From the NCBI GenBank assembly GCA_050692555.1, contig JBOGVS010000010.1, forward strand, positions 5,691 through 69,690: a stretch of DNA of 64,000 nt, in the 5' to 3' direction. Under the pieces are notes generated by a model that did not search any database, was not told where the DNA came from, and saw nothing but the letters and a program-made list of their open reading frames with translations. Below are positions 19,560-28,600 of the stretch, piece after piece. Position numbers and translations under genes: made by a program. This DNA is from Actinomycetota bacterium (GTDB lineage: Bacteria; Actinomycetota; UBA4738; CALAEC01). Position 1 is the first letter of the stretch. Each line of letters begins with the position of its first letter.

Positions 19560-22046
19560 GTGTCTATGGCCGTCGCCGCTTCCCACGCCACACGGCGGGC
19601 CCTCCGCCGCGCAGCCGAGGGCAAGTCCCTGTCGCTCCAGGAATCGGCGGCGCTGATGGAAGCCCGGGGCCCGGCCCTGGAAGCGCTGATGGACGTGGCC
19701 GGCTCGTTGCGAGACCTGGGTCACGGGCGCCGGGTCACCTATTCCCGGAAGGTGTTCGTCCCGCTCACGATGTTGTGCCGCGACGTCTGCCACTACTGCA
19801 CGTTCGCCCAGCCGCCGGCGAAGCTCGAGCGCCCGTACCTCTCGCCGGAGGACGTGGTGGCCATCGCCGAGGCCGGTGGCCGGGCGGGATGCAAGGAAGC
19901 GTTGTTCACACTCGGCGACCGGCCCGAGGCGCGTTACGAGGTGGCCAGGACATGGCTGGCAGAGCGCGGATACCACTCCACGCTCGACTACCTCCGTGCG
20001 GTGTCGATCCGGGTGATCGAGGAGACCGGGCTGCTGCCGCATCTCAACCCCGGGGTCATGTCGTACGAGGACCTCGCTCGCCTGAAGCACGTCTCGGCGT
20101 CGATGGGGCTCATGCTGGAGCAGTCGAGCGACCGGCTCACCGAGCGCGGGATGCCGCACCACGGCTCGCCCGACAAGGTTCCGGCCGTCCGGCTCCGAAC
20201 GATCGAGGACGCGGGACGGCTGGGGATCCCGTTCACCACCGGGATCCTGGTGGGGATCGGAGAGACGGTGCCGGAGCGAGTGGCGTCGCTGTTCGCCATA
20301 CGCGACCTCCACCGACGGTACCGGCACGTGCAGGAAGTCATCGTGCAGAACTTCAAGGCCAAGCCGGGCACCCGGATGCACGACCGCCCGGAGCCGGACA
20401 CCGAGAAGTTTCTGGCGACGGTTGCCACCGCGCGCGTGGTGCTCGGACCGCGGATGCATCTCCAGGCGCCCCCGAACCTCTCGGACCCGCACTATCCGCG
20501 GCTGCTGGACGCGGGCATCGACGACTGGGGCGGCGTGTCACCGGTCACTCCCGACCACGTGAATCCCGAGGCGCCGTGGCCCCGGCTGGAGGACCTGCGC
20601 CGGCGCACCGCCGAACGCGGGTTCGAGCTGCGGGAGCGGCTGTGCGTGTACCCGGAGTACGCCACGCGAGCGGATCCCTGGATCGCCGGGAAGATGCGAG
20701 CCCCCGTGGCCGCGCTCACCGGGGAGGCCGGGCTCGCCGTGGACGGCCAGGGCCCGGAGCCGGTGGCCTGGCAGGACCCCGACGTCCAGTGGAAGCCGCG
20801 CACCATCGAGCTCACCTTCGCCAAGGGCGCGGAGGCCGGTCTTCGACAGGACGCCGACACGGTGTACGGGGACCTGGACGGGCTCGAGGTGGAGGCCACC
20901 CGAGCCTGGGCCCGCCGCAAGGTGGACCCCCATCGCCTGTCCGCGGAGGTCCGCGAGGCTCTCCGGCGGGCCGCGTCGCACCGGCCCATCACGGATCAGG
21001 CGGCCCTGGCCCTGTTCCAGGCGGAGGGGGAGGACCTGGAGGCGCTGTGCCGGGTGGCCGACGACCTCCGCCGGGAGGCGGTGGGGGACGAGATCACCTA
21101 CGTGGTCAATCGGAACATCAACTTCACCAACGTGTGCTACGTGGGGTGCCGGTTCTGTGCGTTCGCCCAACGGGAAGTCGATCCGGAGTCCTACACCCTC
21201 ACCCTCCAGGAGGTGGCCGACCGGGCCGAGGAGGCCCGGGCCTACGGAGCCACCGAGATCTGCATGCAGGGCGGTATCCACCCCGACCTCCCCGGGGACT
21301 TCTACCTCCGGCTCCTGGACTCGGTGAAGGCCCGGGTCCCGGAGATCCACGTCCACGCGTTCAGCCCCATGGAGGTGCTGAACGGGGCCACCCGCCTGGG
21401 CGTCTCGTTCCGGGAGTTCCTGGCTGAGGCCCGGCGTCGGGGGCTGGGAACGATCCCGGGAACCGCGGCGGAGATCCTCGACGACGAGGTGCGATGGGTC
21501 CTGACCAAGGGGAAGCTTCCTGCCGACACGTGGGAGGAGATCGTTCGCACCGCGCACGACCTGGGGATCCGATCCTCATCGACCATCATGTACGGGCACG
21601 TCGACGCTCCGCCGCACTGGGTGTCGCACCTTCGCCGGCTGGCGCGCATCCAGGACGATACGGGTGGGTTCACGGAGTTCGTCCCGCTTCCGTTCGTGCA
21701 CCAGAACGCTCCGATCTACCTGGCGGGCAAGGCTCGCCCGGGCGCCACGTTCGACGAGAACCGGAGGATGCACGCCGTCGCTCGCATCCTGCTCGATGGT
21801 CGCATCGACAACGTTCAGGTGTCGTGGGTGAAGCTGGGGACCGAAGCGTGCAAGGTGATCTTGCGCGGCGGTGCCAACGACTTCGGTGGCACGTTGATGG
21901 AGGAAACGATCTCGCGCATGGCCGGAGCTGAGTGGGGCATCCGCATGGAACCACGCGAGTTCGACGAAGCGATCGTCGACATCGATCGCGTGCCCGCGCA
22001 GCGCACTACCACATACGAACGCGTCGTAGCAATAGCTGATCGCTAA
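19560..22046 (+). CDS. fbiC: Bifunctional FO synthase (CofG-CofH fusion, two radical SAM domains)
   Basis: CRDVCHYC and CYVGCRFC radical SAM motifs, DDWGGVSP, GTAAEILDD, GANDFGGTLM; start may be ATG 19566. Confidence 0.95.
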   Translation: MSMAVAASHATRRALRRAAEGKSLSLQESAALMEARGPALEALMDVAGSLRDLGHGRRVTYSRKVFVPLTMLCRDVCHYCTFAQPPAKLERPYLSPEDVVAIAEAGGRAGCKEALFTLGDRPEARYEVARTWLAERGYHSTLDYLRAVSIRVIEETGLLPHLNPGVMSYEDLARLKHVSASMGLMLEQSSDRLTERGMPHHGSPDKVPAVRLRTIEDAGRLGIPFTTGILVGIGETVPERVASLFAIRDLHRRYRHVQEVIVQNFKAKPGTRMHDRPEPDTEKFLATVATARVVLGPRMHLQAPPNLSDPHYPRLLDAGIDDWGGVSPVTPDHVNPEAPWPRLEDLRRRTAERGFELRERLCVYPEYATRADPWIAGKMRAPVAALTGEAGLAVDGQGPEPVAWQDPDVQWKPRTIELTFAKGAEAGLRQDADTVYGDLDGLEVEATRAWARRKVDPHRLSAEVREALRRAASHRPITDQAALALFQAEGEDLEALCRVADDLRREAVGDEITYVVNRNINFTNVCYVGCRFCAFAQREVDPESYTLTLQEVADRAEEARAYGATEICMQGGIHPDLPGDFYLRLLDSVKARVPEIHVHAFSPMEVLNGATRLGVSFREFLAEARRRGLGTIPGTAAEILDDEVRWVLTKGKLPADTWEEIVRTAHDLGIRSSSTIMYGHVDAPPHWVSHLRRLARIQDDTGGFTEFVPLPFVHQNAPIYLAGKARPGATFDENRRMHAVARILLDGRIDNVQVSWVKLGTEACKVILRGGANDFGGTLMEETISRMAGAEWGIRMEPREFDEAIVDIDRVPAQRTTTYERVVAIADR

Positions 22047-22115
22047 TCAGTTCGTCGCGGAAAAAGTCGCCGACAAATGCTTCAAACCCCCTTGCAAAAA
22101 GTTCATCATGGGGAC

Positions 22116-22168
22116 TGGACAAACATGGTGCTACCCAGTCAGAATTACACCCGTGTAGTTTCTGACAC
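22116..22168 (+). promoter_or_regulatory. Putative whiB promoter with palindrome and GACAC box
   Basis: TGGACA(22116-22121)-N18-CAGAAT(22140-22145); TACAC-cc-GTGTA at 22146-22157; GACAC at 22164-22168. Confidence 0.45.
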
Positions 22169-22183
22169 GGGGGAGGGCAGGGG

Positions 22184-22411
22184 ATGCACCACTACATCCC
22201 ATGGCAGGAGAGAGCGAAGTGCCGGGAGTTCGACCCGGAAGTCTTCTTCCCCGAGAAAGGCGGATCGTCGCGCGAGGCGAAACGGATCTGCGCCGAGTGC
22301 ACGGTCCGGATCCAGTGCCTCAACTACGCCCTGCGTCGCGACGAGCGCTACGGCGTGTGGGGAGGCATGAGCGAACGGGAACGACGACGCCTGAAGCGCA
22401 TGGCGTCCTGA
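22184..22411 (+). CDS. whiB: WhiB family Fe-S transcriptional regulator (WhiB/WhiB2-like)
   Basis: Four Cys; DPEVFFPEKGGSSREAKRIC and GVWGGMSERERRRLK match the WhiB2 type. Confidence 0.95.
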   Translation: MHHYIPWQERAKCREFDPEVFFPEKGGSSREAKRICAECTVRIQCLNYALRRDERYGVWGGMSERERRRLKRMAS

Positions 22412-22431
22412 CCGCAGAAGGGAGGTGACGA

Positions 22432-22746
22432 ATGGCACCAGCGCGGAGGAAAAAGTCGGCAGCGCGTAAGAAGAGCACCGGGCGCAAGAAGTCGACCGCC
22501 AGACGGAAGACGACGGCCGCGAGGAAGCGCACCACCAGAAAGTCCACGGCGCGCAGAAAGACCACGGGGCGGAAGTCGACCGGTAGGAAGCGCTCCACCG
22601 GCCGCAAGAAGTCGACAGCGCGCAAGCGCACGACCGGCCGGAAGAGGACCACGCGCAAGCGCACCACGGCCGCACGCCGGCCCAGGAAGCGCGCGGCGCG
22701 GAAGTCCACGGCAAAACGCACCACCGCGAGACGCAAGTCGAAGTAG
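22432..22746 (+). CDS. Histone H1/protamine-like basic repeat protein
   Basis: GGAGGTG RBS at 22421-22427; 104 aa with 51 K+R, no acidic residues, (G/A)R(K/R)(K/R)(S/T)T-type repeats; followed by a hairpin. Confidence 0.8.
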   Translation: MAPARRKKSAARKKSTGRKKSTARRKTTAARKRTTRKSTARRKTTGRKSTGRKRSTGRKKSTARKRTTGRKRTTRKRTTAARRPRKRAARKSTAKRTTARRKSK

Positions 22747-22762
22747 CTCGCGGAGGACCACA

Positions 22763-22790
22763 GAGAGGGGGGCCGTCGCGCCCCCCTCTC
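22763..22790 (+). terminator. Intrinsic terminator-like hairpin after whiB and the basic protein
   Basis: Perfect 11-bp stem GAGAGGGGGGC / GCCCCCCTCTC with a 6-nt loop. Confidence 0.7.
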
Positions 22791-22838
22791 GGCGTTCCCC
22801 CCGGAACTGATACGCCTATAGGCTAGGCCCCCGGCCGC

Positions 22839-25800
22839 ATGCAGAGCTCTACGCCGAGCGTCCTCGCCGTCCTCGTTGTGAAGGACGGCGCCTCCTGGCT
22901 CAAGCGGGTCCTGGACTCGCTGGCTCGCCAGACCCATCCTCGCTTTGCCGTCCTCGCCGTGGACAACGGCTCGAGAGACGGCTCCGGTGATCTCCTGGCC
23001 TCGTTCCTGGGCCCCCGGCGGGTGATCCGTCTGGAGGAAGACCAGGGGTTCCCCGGCGCGGTTCGCCGGGCCATGGAGACCCCGGCGGCCGCCGAAGCCG
23101 ACTACCTGTTGCTGCTGCACGACGACACGGTGCTCACGCCCGGAACCGTGTCGAGCCTGGTGGAGGCCGCGGGCCGGATCCCCGGTGTCGGTGCGGTGGG
23201 TCCCAAGGTCATGGACTGGGAGTCCCCCAGGGTGCTTCGGGAGGTGGGGTTCGCCACCGACCGATTCGGATACGCCTATTCCCCCCTGGAGGAAGGCGAG
23301 ATCGACCAGGGCCAGTACGACGCCCCCCGGGAGGTGCTGTTCGTGTCCTCGGCTGCGATGTTGGTGGCCGGGGATGCGTGGAAGCGGGCCGGTCCGCCGG
23401 ACGAACGCCTCCGTCACGGAGGCATGGACCTGGACTTCTGCTGGCGGATCCGGCTGTCGGGGTTCCGGGTCCTGGTGGCGCCGGCAGCGGTGGTTCAGCA
23501 CGGTGCGGTGGGGGAGCGTGGAGAGCGTCCCGCCGGGCCTCCGCGCCGGGAGCGCTACGTGGCCGAGCGAGCCGCCCTCCTGAGCCTGTTGAAGAACTAC
23601 CGGGTTCTGACCCTGGCGTGGGTGCTTCCCATCTATCTGGTCCAGGGGATCGCCCGACTGGCGCTGTACGTGGTGTCCCGGCGGTTCGACCGGGCCGGCC
23701 AGGTGCTTGGAGCGTGGGGATGGAACTTCATCCATCTTCTCGGCACCGCGGCTCGCCGGGCCCGTGCGCAGGCAGTCCGACAGGTGCCGGACCGCGAGAT
23801 CGCCCGGTTCATGGCTCCTGCCGGGACCAGGCTGTCGCGCTGGGCGCTCCAGGCCTCGTCGCTCCTGGTTCGTCGGCCCAGCGAAGGCACGGCGGAGCCC
23901 GGCGAGGAGGTGGAGGCCGTCCCGCTCGGCCGGCGGGTGGCGTCACTGGCCACGGCTCATCCCGTTGCCGTTGGACTGTCCGTCGCCGTCGTGGTGACGC
24001 TGATCGCCTTCCGAGGGGTGCTCTTCGTTCCCCACATCGAGGGGGGCGCGCTGCCGGTATTCCCCGCCGACCCCGGCGCCTTCTTCCGAGAGTTCGGAGC
24101 CGGCTGGCGCTCGACCGGGTTTGGGGGACAGGAAGGAGCCAGCCCCGCCCTGGTGGCGCTGGGGGTGGGCAGCGTGATCACCCTGGGGGACCCACAGCTC
24201 CTGGTTCGGCTCCTGGTGGGGCTGGGTCCGCTGCTCGCCGGAGCCTCGTGTCACGTCGCGGTGCGCCGACTGGGGATCTCCGGAGTAGCCGCGGTGGTGG
24301 CGGCAGGGGCGTACGGCCTCTCGGCCGTCACCCTGTGGTCCGCGTCCGAAGGGCGGGTCTCGGCCCTGGTGTTGTTGGTGGCCCTGCCCTGGCTGGTGGC
24401 CCGCCTGCTGGCCGGCTTCAAACCGAGACCTCCGGCCCGTCCTCTTCGGTGGCTGGTGGGAACGGGGATGGCCCTGGGGCTCACGACGTCGTTCTTCCCC
24501 GCTGCGTGGGTGGCGGTGGCCGCGGTTGTGGGGCCTGCGGTGATCCTTCCGGACAAGGGTGGCAGCAGGGCCGTCGGCTCGATGATGACGGTCGCCGCGG
24601 TGGCTGTCGGCGCCGCCCTGGTGTTCCCCCTGGCCGCGGCGCTCACCCAGGCGGGCGGTGGTGGGTCCGTGGGCGCCGCCGTCCGGCCGTCGTTCTCCGA
24701 TGTTCTGAGGCTGGCGCCCGGCCCGTCCCCGGGATCGTGGATCCCGGCGTTGTTCCTTCCTGTTGCGGGGATCCTGGGCTTCGTGCTGGGCCAAGCGGCG
24801 GTGCGCCGAACGGCCGCACGCTCGCTGGCCACCGCATCGATCTCGGTGATGCTGGCGTGGCTGGCCGGGGCGGGCCGGCTGCCGGAACCGGTGGCCAGCC
24901 CGGTCGCCTTCCTGGCCGGGGCGGCGTTTTCTCTGTCGGTTCTCTCGGGCCTCGGCGCGCGGGCCCTGGCCAGTGGAGTCCGCCTCCGCCGCGCGGCATT
25001 CGGCGCCGGCCAGCTCACGGGGGCTGCCCTGGTGACGGTGCTGTCGGTCGGGCTGGGGGCGCAAACGATCAGGTCGCTGGGTGGGGACTGGGCCGTGGGG
25101 GAGTCTCGTGTGCCGCCCGCGTGGCCGGTGGTGGCGTCCGCGGATCCCGGTGTGGCCTTCCGGGTGCTGTGGCTGGCCCCCCCCGGCCGGTCGCCGTTGC
25201 CGCCTCCTGCCGGTGATCCGGAGGGCTCATCCGCGGGTGGAGGATCCGCGGTGTCGTACGCGGTCACCGGGCGAGGAGGTCGGTCGATCCTCGCAGTGGC
25301 GCTGCCGACCGATGGACCGGCCTATCCGCGGCTCGACCGGATCCTGTCGGCGATGCTGGCCGATGAGGTTCGCCACGCCGGTGCTCTGCTCGCACCTCTG
25401 GGGATCCGGTTCGTGGTTGCCGGCGATGAGGCCCTGTCGCCGGGCGCCGCCGAGAGCCTGGGCGCCCAGGTGGACCTGGACCTGATCCAGCGAGCGGGTG
25501 GCCTGTCGATCTACCGGAACGCCAGGGCGCTGCCTCCGGCCGGGTTGCTTCCGGGTCAGGCAGCTCTCGACGCGGCTCGATCGCCATCCCTGCTGGCCGC
25601 CACCGTCCTGGACCCCGCGACCACCGCGGCCCTGGCTCCCGACGGCGGGGCCACCTGGGCAGCGGACGTGGACCGGGGCGAGGCCTCCCTGGTAAGCGTG
25701 GCGGACACGTTCTCCGTGGCGTGGCGATTGGAGGCCCCCGAAGGCTCGGCCGCGCCGTTCCCCGCGTTCGGCTGGGGCCTGGGGTTCGAGGCCCAAGCGG

Positions 25801-25994
25801 GGACCGGCTCCCTGGAGGCCCGGTTCGAGGGCCAGCTCCGCAGGCGAGTGGAGCTCCTGGCATTAGCAGCGCTGTGGATCGTGGCCGTGTGGATGGTGCG
25901 ACGGACCGCCCGCGACGAGCGACCCGTCCGGCGGCGAGCAGTGGCGGACGAGCCGGTCGCCGCTCGGGCGCCGACCACGGAGCCGGTGGGATGA
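22839..25994 (+). CDS. Large GT2-family glycosyltransferase fused to a multi-TM membrane domain
   Basis: N-terminal VDNGSRD, LLLHDD, GEIDQGQYD, DLDFCWR; long hydrophobic C-terminal region; conserved position after whiB in actinobacteria. Confidence 0.85.
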   Translation: MQSSTPSVLAVLVVKDGASWLKRVLDSLARQTHPRFAVLAVDNGSRDGSGDLLASFLGPRRVIRLEEDQGFPGAVRRAMETPAAAEADYLLLLHDDTVLTPGTVSSLVEAAGRIPGVGAVGPKVMDWESPRVLREVGFATDRFGYAYSPLEEGEIDQGQYDAPREVLFVSSAAMLVAGDAWKRAGPPDERLRHGGMDLDFCWRIRLSGFRVLVAPAAVVQHGAVGERGERPAGPPRRERYVAERAALLSLLKNYRVLTLAWVLPIYLVQGIARLALYVVSRRFDRAGQVLGAWGWNFIHLLGTAARRARAQAVRQVPDREIARFMAPAGTRLSRWALQASSLLVRRPSEGTAEPGEEVEAVPLGRRVASLATAHPVAVGLSVAVVVTLIAFRGVLFVPHIEGGALPVFPADPGAFFREFGAGWRSTGFGGQEGASPALVALGVGSVITLGDPQLLVRLLVGLGPLLAGASCHVAVRRLGISGVAAVVAAGAYGLSAVTLWSASEGRVSALVLLVALPWLVARLLAGFKPRPPARPLRWLVGTGMALGLTTSFFPAAWVAVAAVVGPAVILPDKGGSRAVGSMMTVAAVAVGAALVFPLAAALTQAGGGGSVGAAVRPSFSDVLRLAPGPSPGSWIPALFLPVAGILGFVLGQAAVRRTAARSLATASISVMLAWLAGAGRLPEPVASPVAFLAGAAFSLSVLSGLGARALASGVRLRRAAFGAGQLTGAALVTVLSVGLGAQTIRSLGGDWAVGESRVPPAWPVVASADPGVAFRVLWLAPPGRSPLPPPAGDPEGSSAGGGSAVSYAVTGRGGRSILAVALPTDGPAYPRLDRILSAMLADEVRHAGALLAPLGIRFVVAGDEALSPGAAESLGAQVDLDLIQRAGGLSIYRNARALPPAGLLPGQAALDAARSPSLLAATVLDPATTAALAPDGGATWAADVDRGEASLVSVADTFSVAWRLEAPEGSAAPFPAFGWGLGFEAQAGTGSLEARFEGQLRRRVELLALAALWIVAVWMVRRTARDERPVRRRAVADEPVAARAPTTEPVG

Positions 25995-27430
25995 GCTTCG
26001 GCGGCCGGCTGTTGGTGGGCGCCGTGGTCGCTGCGGTGGTGGCGGTGGGAGGACTCCAGCTCGAGGCGCAGGTCGGGGCCCGGGCGATCGCTCCCGGGCC
26101 ATCCGTCGAGGAGCTCTCCGGGGCCTGGTACTGCCCGCACGGCGGCGGTGAAGGTTGGCAGGCGTGGGTGGTGGTGGCGAACCCGTCGGACGCCGCAGCG
26201 ACCCTGAGGGTCAGCACTCATGCAGGGAGCACTCCGGAGTCGTCGCAAACCGTGCTCGAGCCGGGGACCAGCCGGTACCTGGAGGTCGCCGCACCGGTGA
26301 TGGCATCGGCCACGGTGGTCGAGTACTTCGGCGCCGAGGTGGCTGCCGGGATGGTCGTCGCTGCCGGCGAGGACGGGGGCGTGGCTGCCGAACCGTGCGC
26401 AGGCAACGCGGGGGGCCGCTGGTACGTCCCCGAGGCCTCCACGCTGCGCGGCGAGCAGGCCAGCGCGGTGATCACCAACCCGTTCGCCGCCAACGCGGTC
26501 GTGGACCTGGCCCTGTATGCCGGTGATCGGCAGATCCGCCCCGGACCGCTCCGAGGGCTGGTCCTGGAGCCCGGGCGGACCAAGGCGGTGAACCTGAACC
26601 GCTTCGCCCTGGGGGAGGAGTCGCTGTCCGTTGAGGTGACCGCGCTGCTGGGGAGGGTCGCGGTCTCCGGGATGGTGACCAGCAACAGCGGGGTTCGGGC
26701 GGTGCAGGCCGTGCCGGAGGCCGCGCACAGCTGGGCGTTGCCGGGTGCCGGTGGAGCGGAGGGGCAGGACCGGCTCCTGGTGACCTCTCCGAGCGGCCTG
26801 GAGGCTCCCTTCCACGCCACGGCCCAGGGAGGGGACGGTGCGTTCCCGGTCCTGGATCTGGAATCGGCCCGGGGAGGCGCGGTGACGGGGTTCGAGATCG
26901 AGGCCCAGGATGCTTCGGTCCTGGTGGAGGCCGACGGGCCGGATGTCCTGGTGGTGGGGCGGCGGCTGGGAGGCCCTGCCCCGGCTCCGCCGAAGGAGCC
27001 CCCAAAGGATCAGAAGACCGGGAAGGACGGCCCGGGAAAGAAGAAGGAGGCCGACCAGGAGCAGGAGGAACCGGCCCCCGCCGCGAGCGACGTGGCCTCC
27101 ACCTCCGGGGTCCCTGCGGCCGCGGCCTCCTGGGTGACCATTCCACCGGTGGTCCCCGGAGGGGGGCCCGCGGTGCTCCTGATCCAGAACCCCGGGTCCG
27201 AGGAAGCCGAGGTGCGGGTCACGCTGCTGGGACAGGGGGGGCCGCAAGGGGAGGAGACCACCCTCCCCGTGGCTCCGGGGGCCACGGCTCGCGTCGACCT
27301 GCCGGCCGGAGATCCTCCCGCAGCGGTGGTGGAGGCCCTCCAGGGGTCGGTGGTCCCGGCCCAGATCACCCCTGACCCCGCGGCCTACGCACTGTCGGTG
27401 GGTATACCCGTGGGCCGACCGACCGGTTGA
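25991..27430 (+). CDS. DUF5719-like secreted/membrane protein
   Basis: ATGA overlap with GT2 stop; N-terminal TM, WYCP, repeated xxNP beta modules; position after the GT2 gene. Confidence 0.7.
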   Translation: MSFGGRLLVGAVVAAVVAVGGLQLEAQVGARAIAPGPSVEELSGAWYCPHGGGEGWQAWVVVANPSDAAATLRVSTHAGSTPESSQTVLEPGTSRYLEVAAPVMASATVVEYFGAEVAAGMVVAAGEDGGVAAEPCAGNAGGRWYVPEASTLRGEQASAVITNPFAANAVVDLALYAGDRQIRPGPLRGLVLEPGRTKAVNLNRFALGEESLSVEVTALLGRVAVSGMVTSNSGVRAVQAVPEAAHSWALPGAGGAEGQDRLLVTSPSGLEAPFHATAQGGDGAFPVLDLESARGGAVTGFEIEAQDASVLVEADGPDVLVVGRRLGGPAPAPPKEPPKDQKTGKDGPGKKKEADQEQEEPAPAASDVASTSGVPAAAASWVTIPPVVPGGGPAVLLIQNPGSEEAEVRVTLLGQGGPQGEETTLPVAPGATARVDLPAGDPPAAVVEALQGSVVPAQITPDPAAYALSVGIPVGRPTG

Positions 27431-27454
27431 CGGTAATAGGGCTCTGGGTATCAT
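27427..27454 (+). promoter_or_regulatory. Sigma70-type promoter for the L,D-transpeptidase gene
   Basis: TTGACG(27427-27432)-N16-TATCAT(27449-27454), 9 nt before the ATG. Confidence 0.55.
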
Positions 27455-27463
27455 TCCTTTTGG

Positions 27464-28537
27464 ATGTCCAGAGCTAGACGCCACGCGCGGCCCCGATCAC
27501 GCGCGCGCGGAAGCGTGCGCGTTACGGTTTCGATCGCCCTCGGCCTGGTGCTGATCGGCGGGGGGGCGGCCTATGCCGCCTACCGGTACGACGCTGCCAC
27601 CTCGAACCGCATCATGCCGGGGGTGTCGATCGCCGGGGTGGAGGTGGGCGAGCTCACCCGGCAGGAGGCCATCGGCGAGGTCGCCGGTGCGGTCGAGGTC
27701 ACCCTCGATCGGGAGATCCAGGTCCACGCCGGGGACGAGACGTGGCACATCACGCCGCAGGAGCTGGGAGCCACCGCGGTGGTCGACCCCATGGTCGATC
27801 GGGCCCTGGCCCTGTCCGATGGCTACACCTGGCCGGAGCGGGTCTTCCACCGGCTCCTGGACCGCGAGGTCGACGAGACGCTCGGTCTCCGGTACCGGCA
27901 GAACGGGGACGACCTCGGCCGGTTCGTGGAGACCGTGGCCCAAACGGTGAACGTGGACCCCACGGATGCCTCCGTGTCGGTCGTGGACGGAGGGCTGGTG
28001 CTGGAGCGTCCGGAGGTGGGCTGGGCCCTCCCCATGAAGGAGTCTCTGCGAACCATTCGCCGGGCCGTGGCGGGGGAGACCGATTCGGTGGATCTCGGAC
28101 TGGAGCGGATCGCCCCGGAGGTGGGGCGGGACGACATCGGAAAGACCCTCGTGGTCAATCTGTCCGAGCTCGAGCTGTACCTGTATGACGGGCTCCGACT
28201 GAAGAAGACCTACCCGGTGGCGGCGGGGTCGCCCTCGTACCCCACCCCGCCGGGTGAGTGGGAGATCTGGGACAAGCGTGAGAACCCCACGTGGGTGAAC
28301 CCGGCCCCCGACGGGTGGGGCAAGGGTCTTCCCGCCAGCGTTCCGGGAGGCCCGGGAAGCCCGCTGGGGACTCGGGCTCTGTACCTCGACGCCCCAGGCA
28401 TCCGGATCCACGGCACCCCGGCGTCCTACTCGATCGGAACCTATGCCTCCCACGGGTGCATCCGGATGCTGATGGAGGACGTGGAGGAGCTCTACGAAAT
28501 CGTCCCCATCGGGACCAAGGTTCACGTCGTTTCGTAG
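27464..28537 (+). CDS. L,D-transpeptidase (YkuD) with N-terminal TM and peptidoglycan-binding region
   Basis: IRIHGT and ASHGCIRM catalytic motifs, YPVAAG, NPTWVNP, PLGTRALYL. Confidence 0.92.
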   Translation: MSRARRHARPRSRARGSVRVTVSIALGLVLIGGGAAYAAYRYDAATSNRIMPGVSIAGVEVGELTRQEAIGEVAGAVEVTLDREIQVHAGDETWHITPQELGATAVVDPMVDRALALSDGYTWPERVFHRLLDREVDETLGLRYRQNGDDLGRFVETVAQTVNVDPTDASVSVVDGGLVLERPEVGWALPMKESLRTIRRAVAGETDSVDLGLERIAPEVGRDDIGKTLVVNLSELELYLYDGLRLKKTYPVAAGSPSYPTPPGEWEIWDKRENPTWVNPAPDGWGKGLPASVPGGPGSPLGTRALYLDAPGIRIHGTPASYSIGTYASHGCIRMLMEDVEELYEIVPIGTKVHVVS

Positions 28538-28565
28538 CAAAGACCGACAAGAACCGCTGATCGGC

Positions 28566-28595
28566 TTGCGCCCATCGTTCCGGCGGGATTATGAT
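28566..28595 (+). promoter_or_regulatory. Sigma70-type promoter pointing into a non-coding region
   Basis: TTGCGC(28566-28571)-N18-TATGAT(28590-28595). Confidence 0.55.
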
Positions 28596-28600
28596 GGTGT

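Noticed and set aside
17285-22046. F420 gene cluster as a novel pathway
   Set aside because: fbiA, fbiB and fbiC are well characterised; fbiD/cofC is absent from the window but is commonly encoded elsewhere.
22440-22745. Repeats as a CRISPR array or DNA tandem repeat
   Set aside because: Repetition is at the amino-acid level with synonymous variation; there are no identical repeats with spacers and no cas genes.
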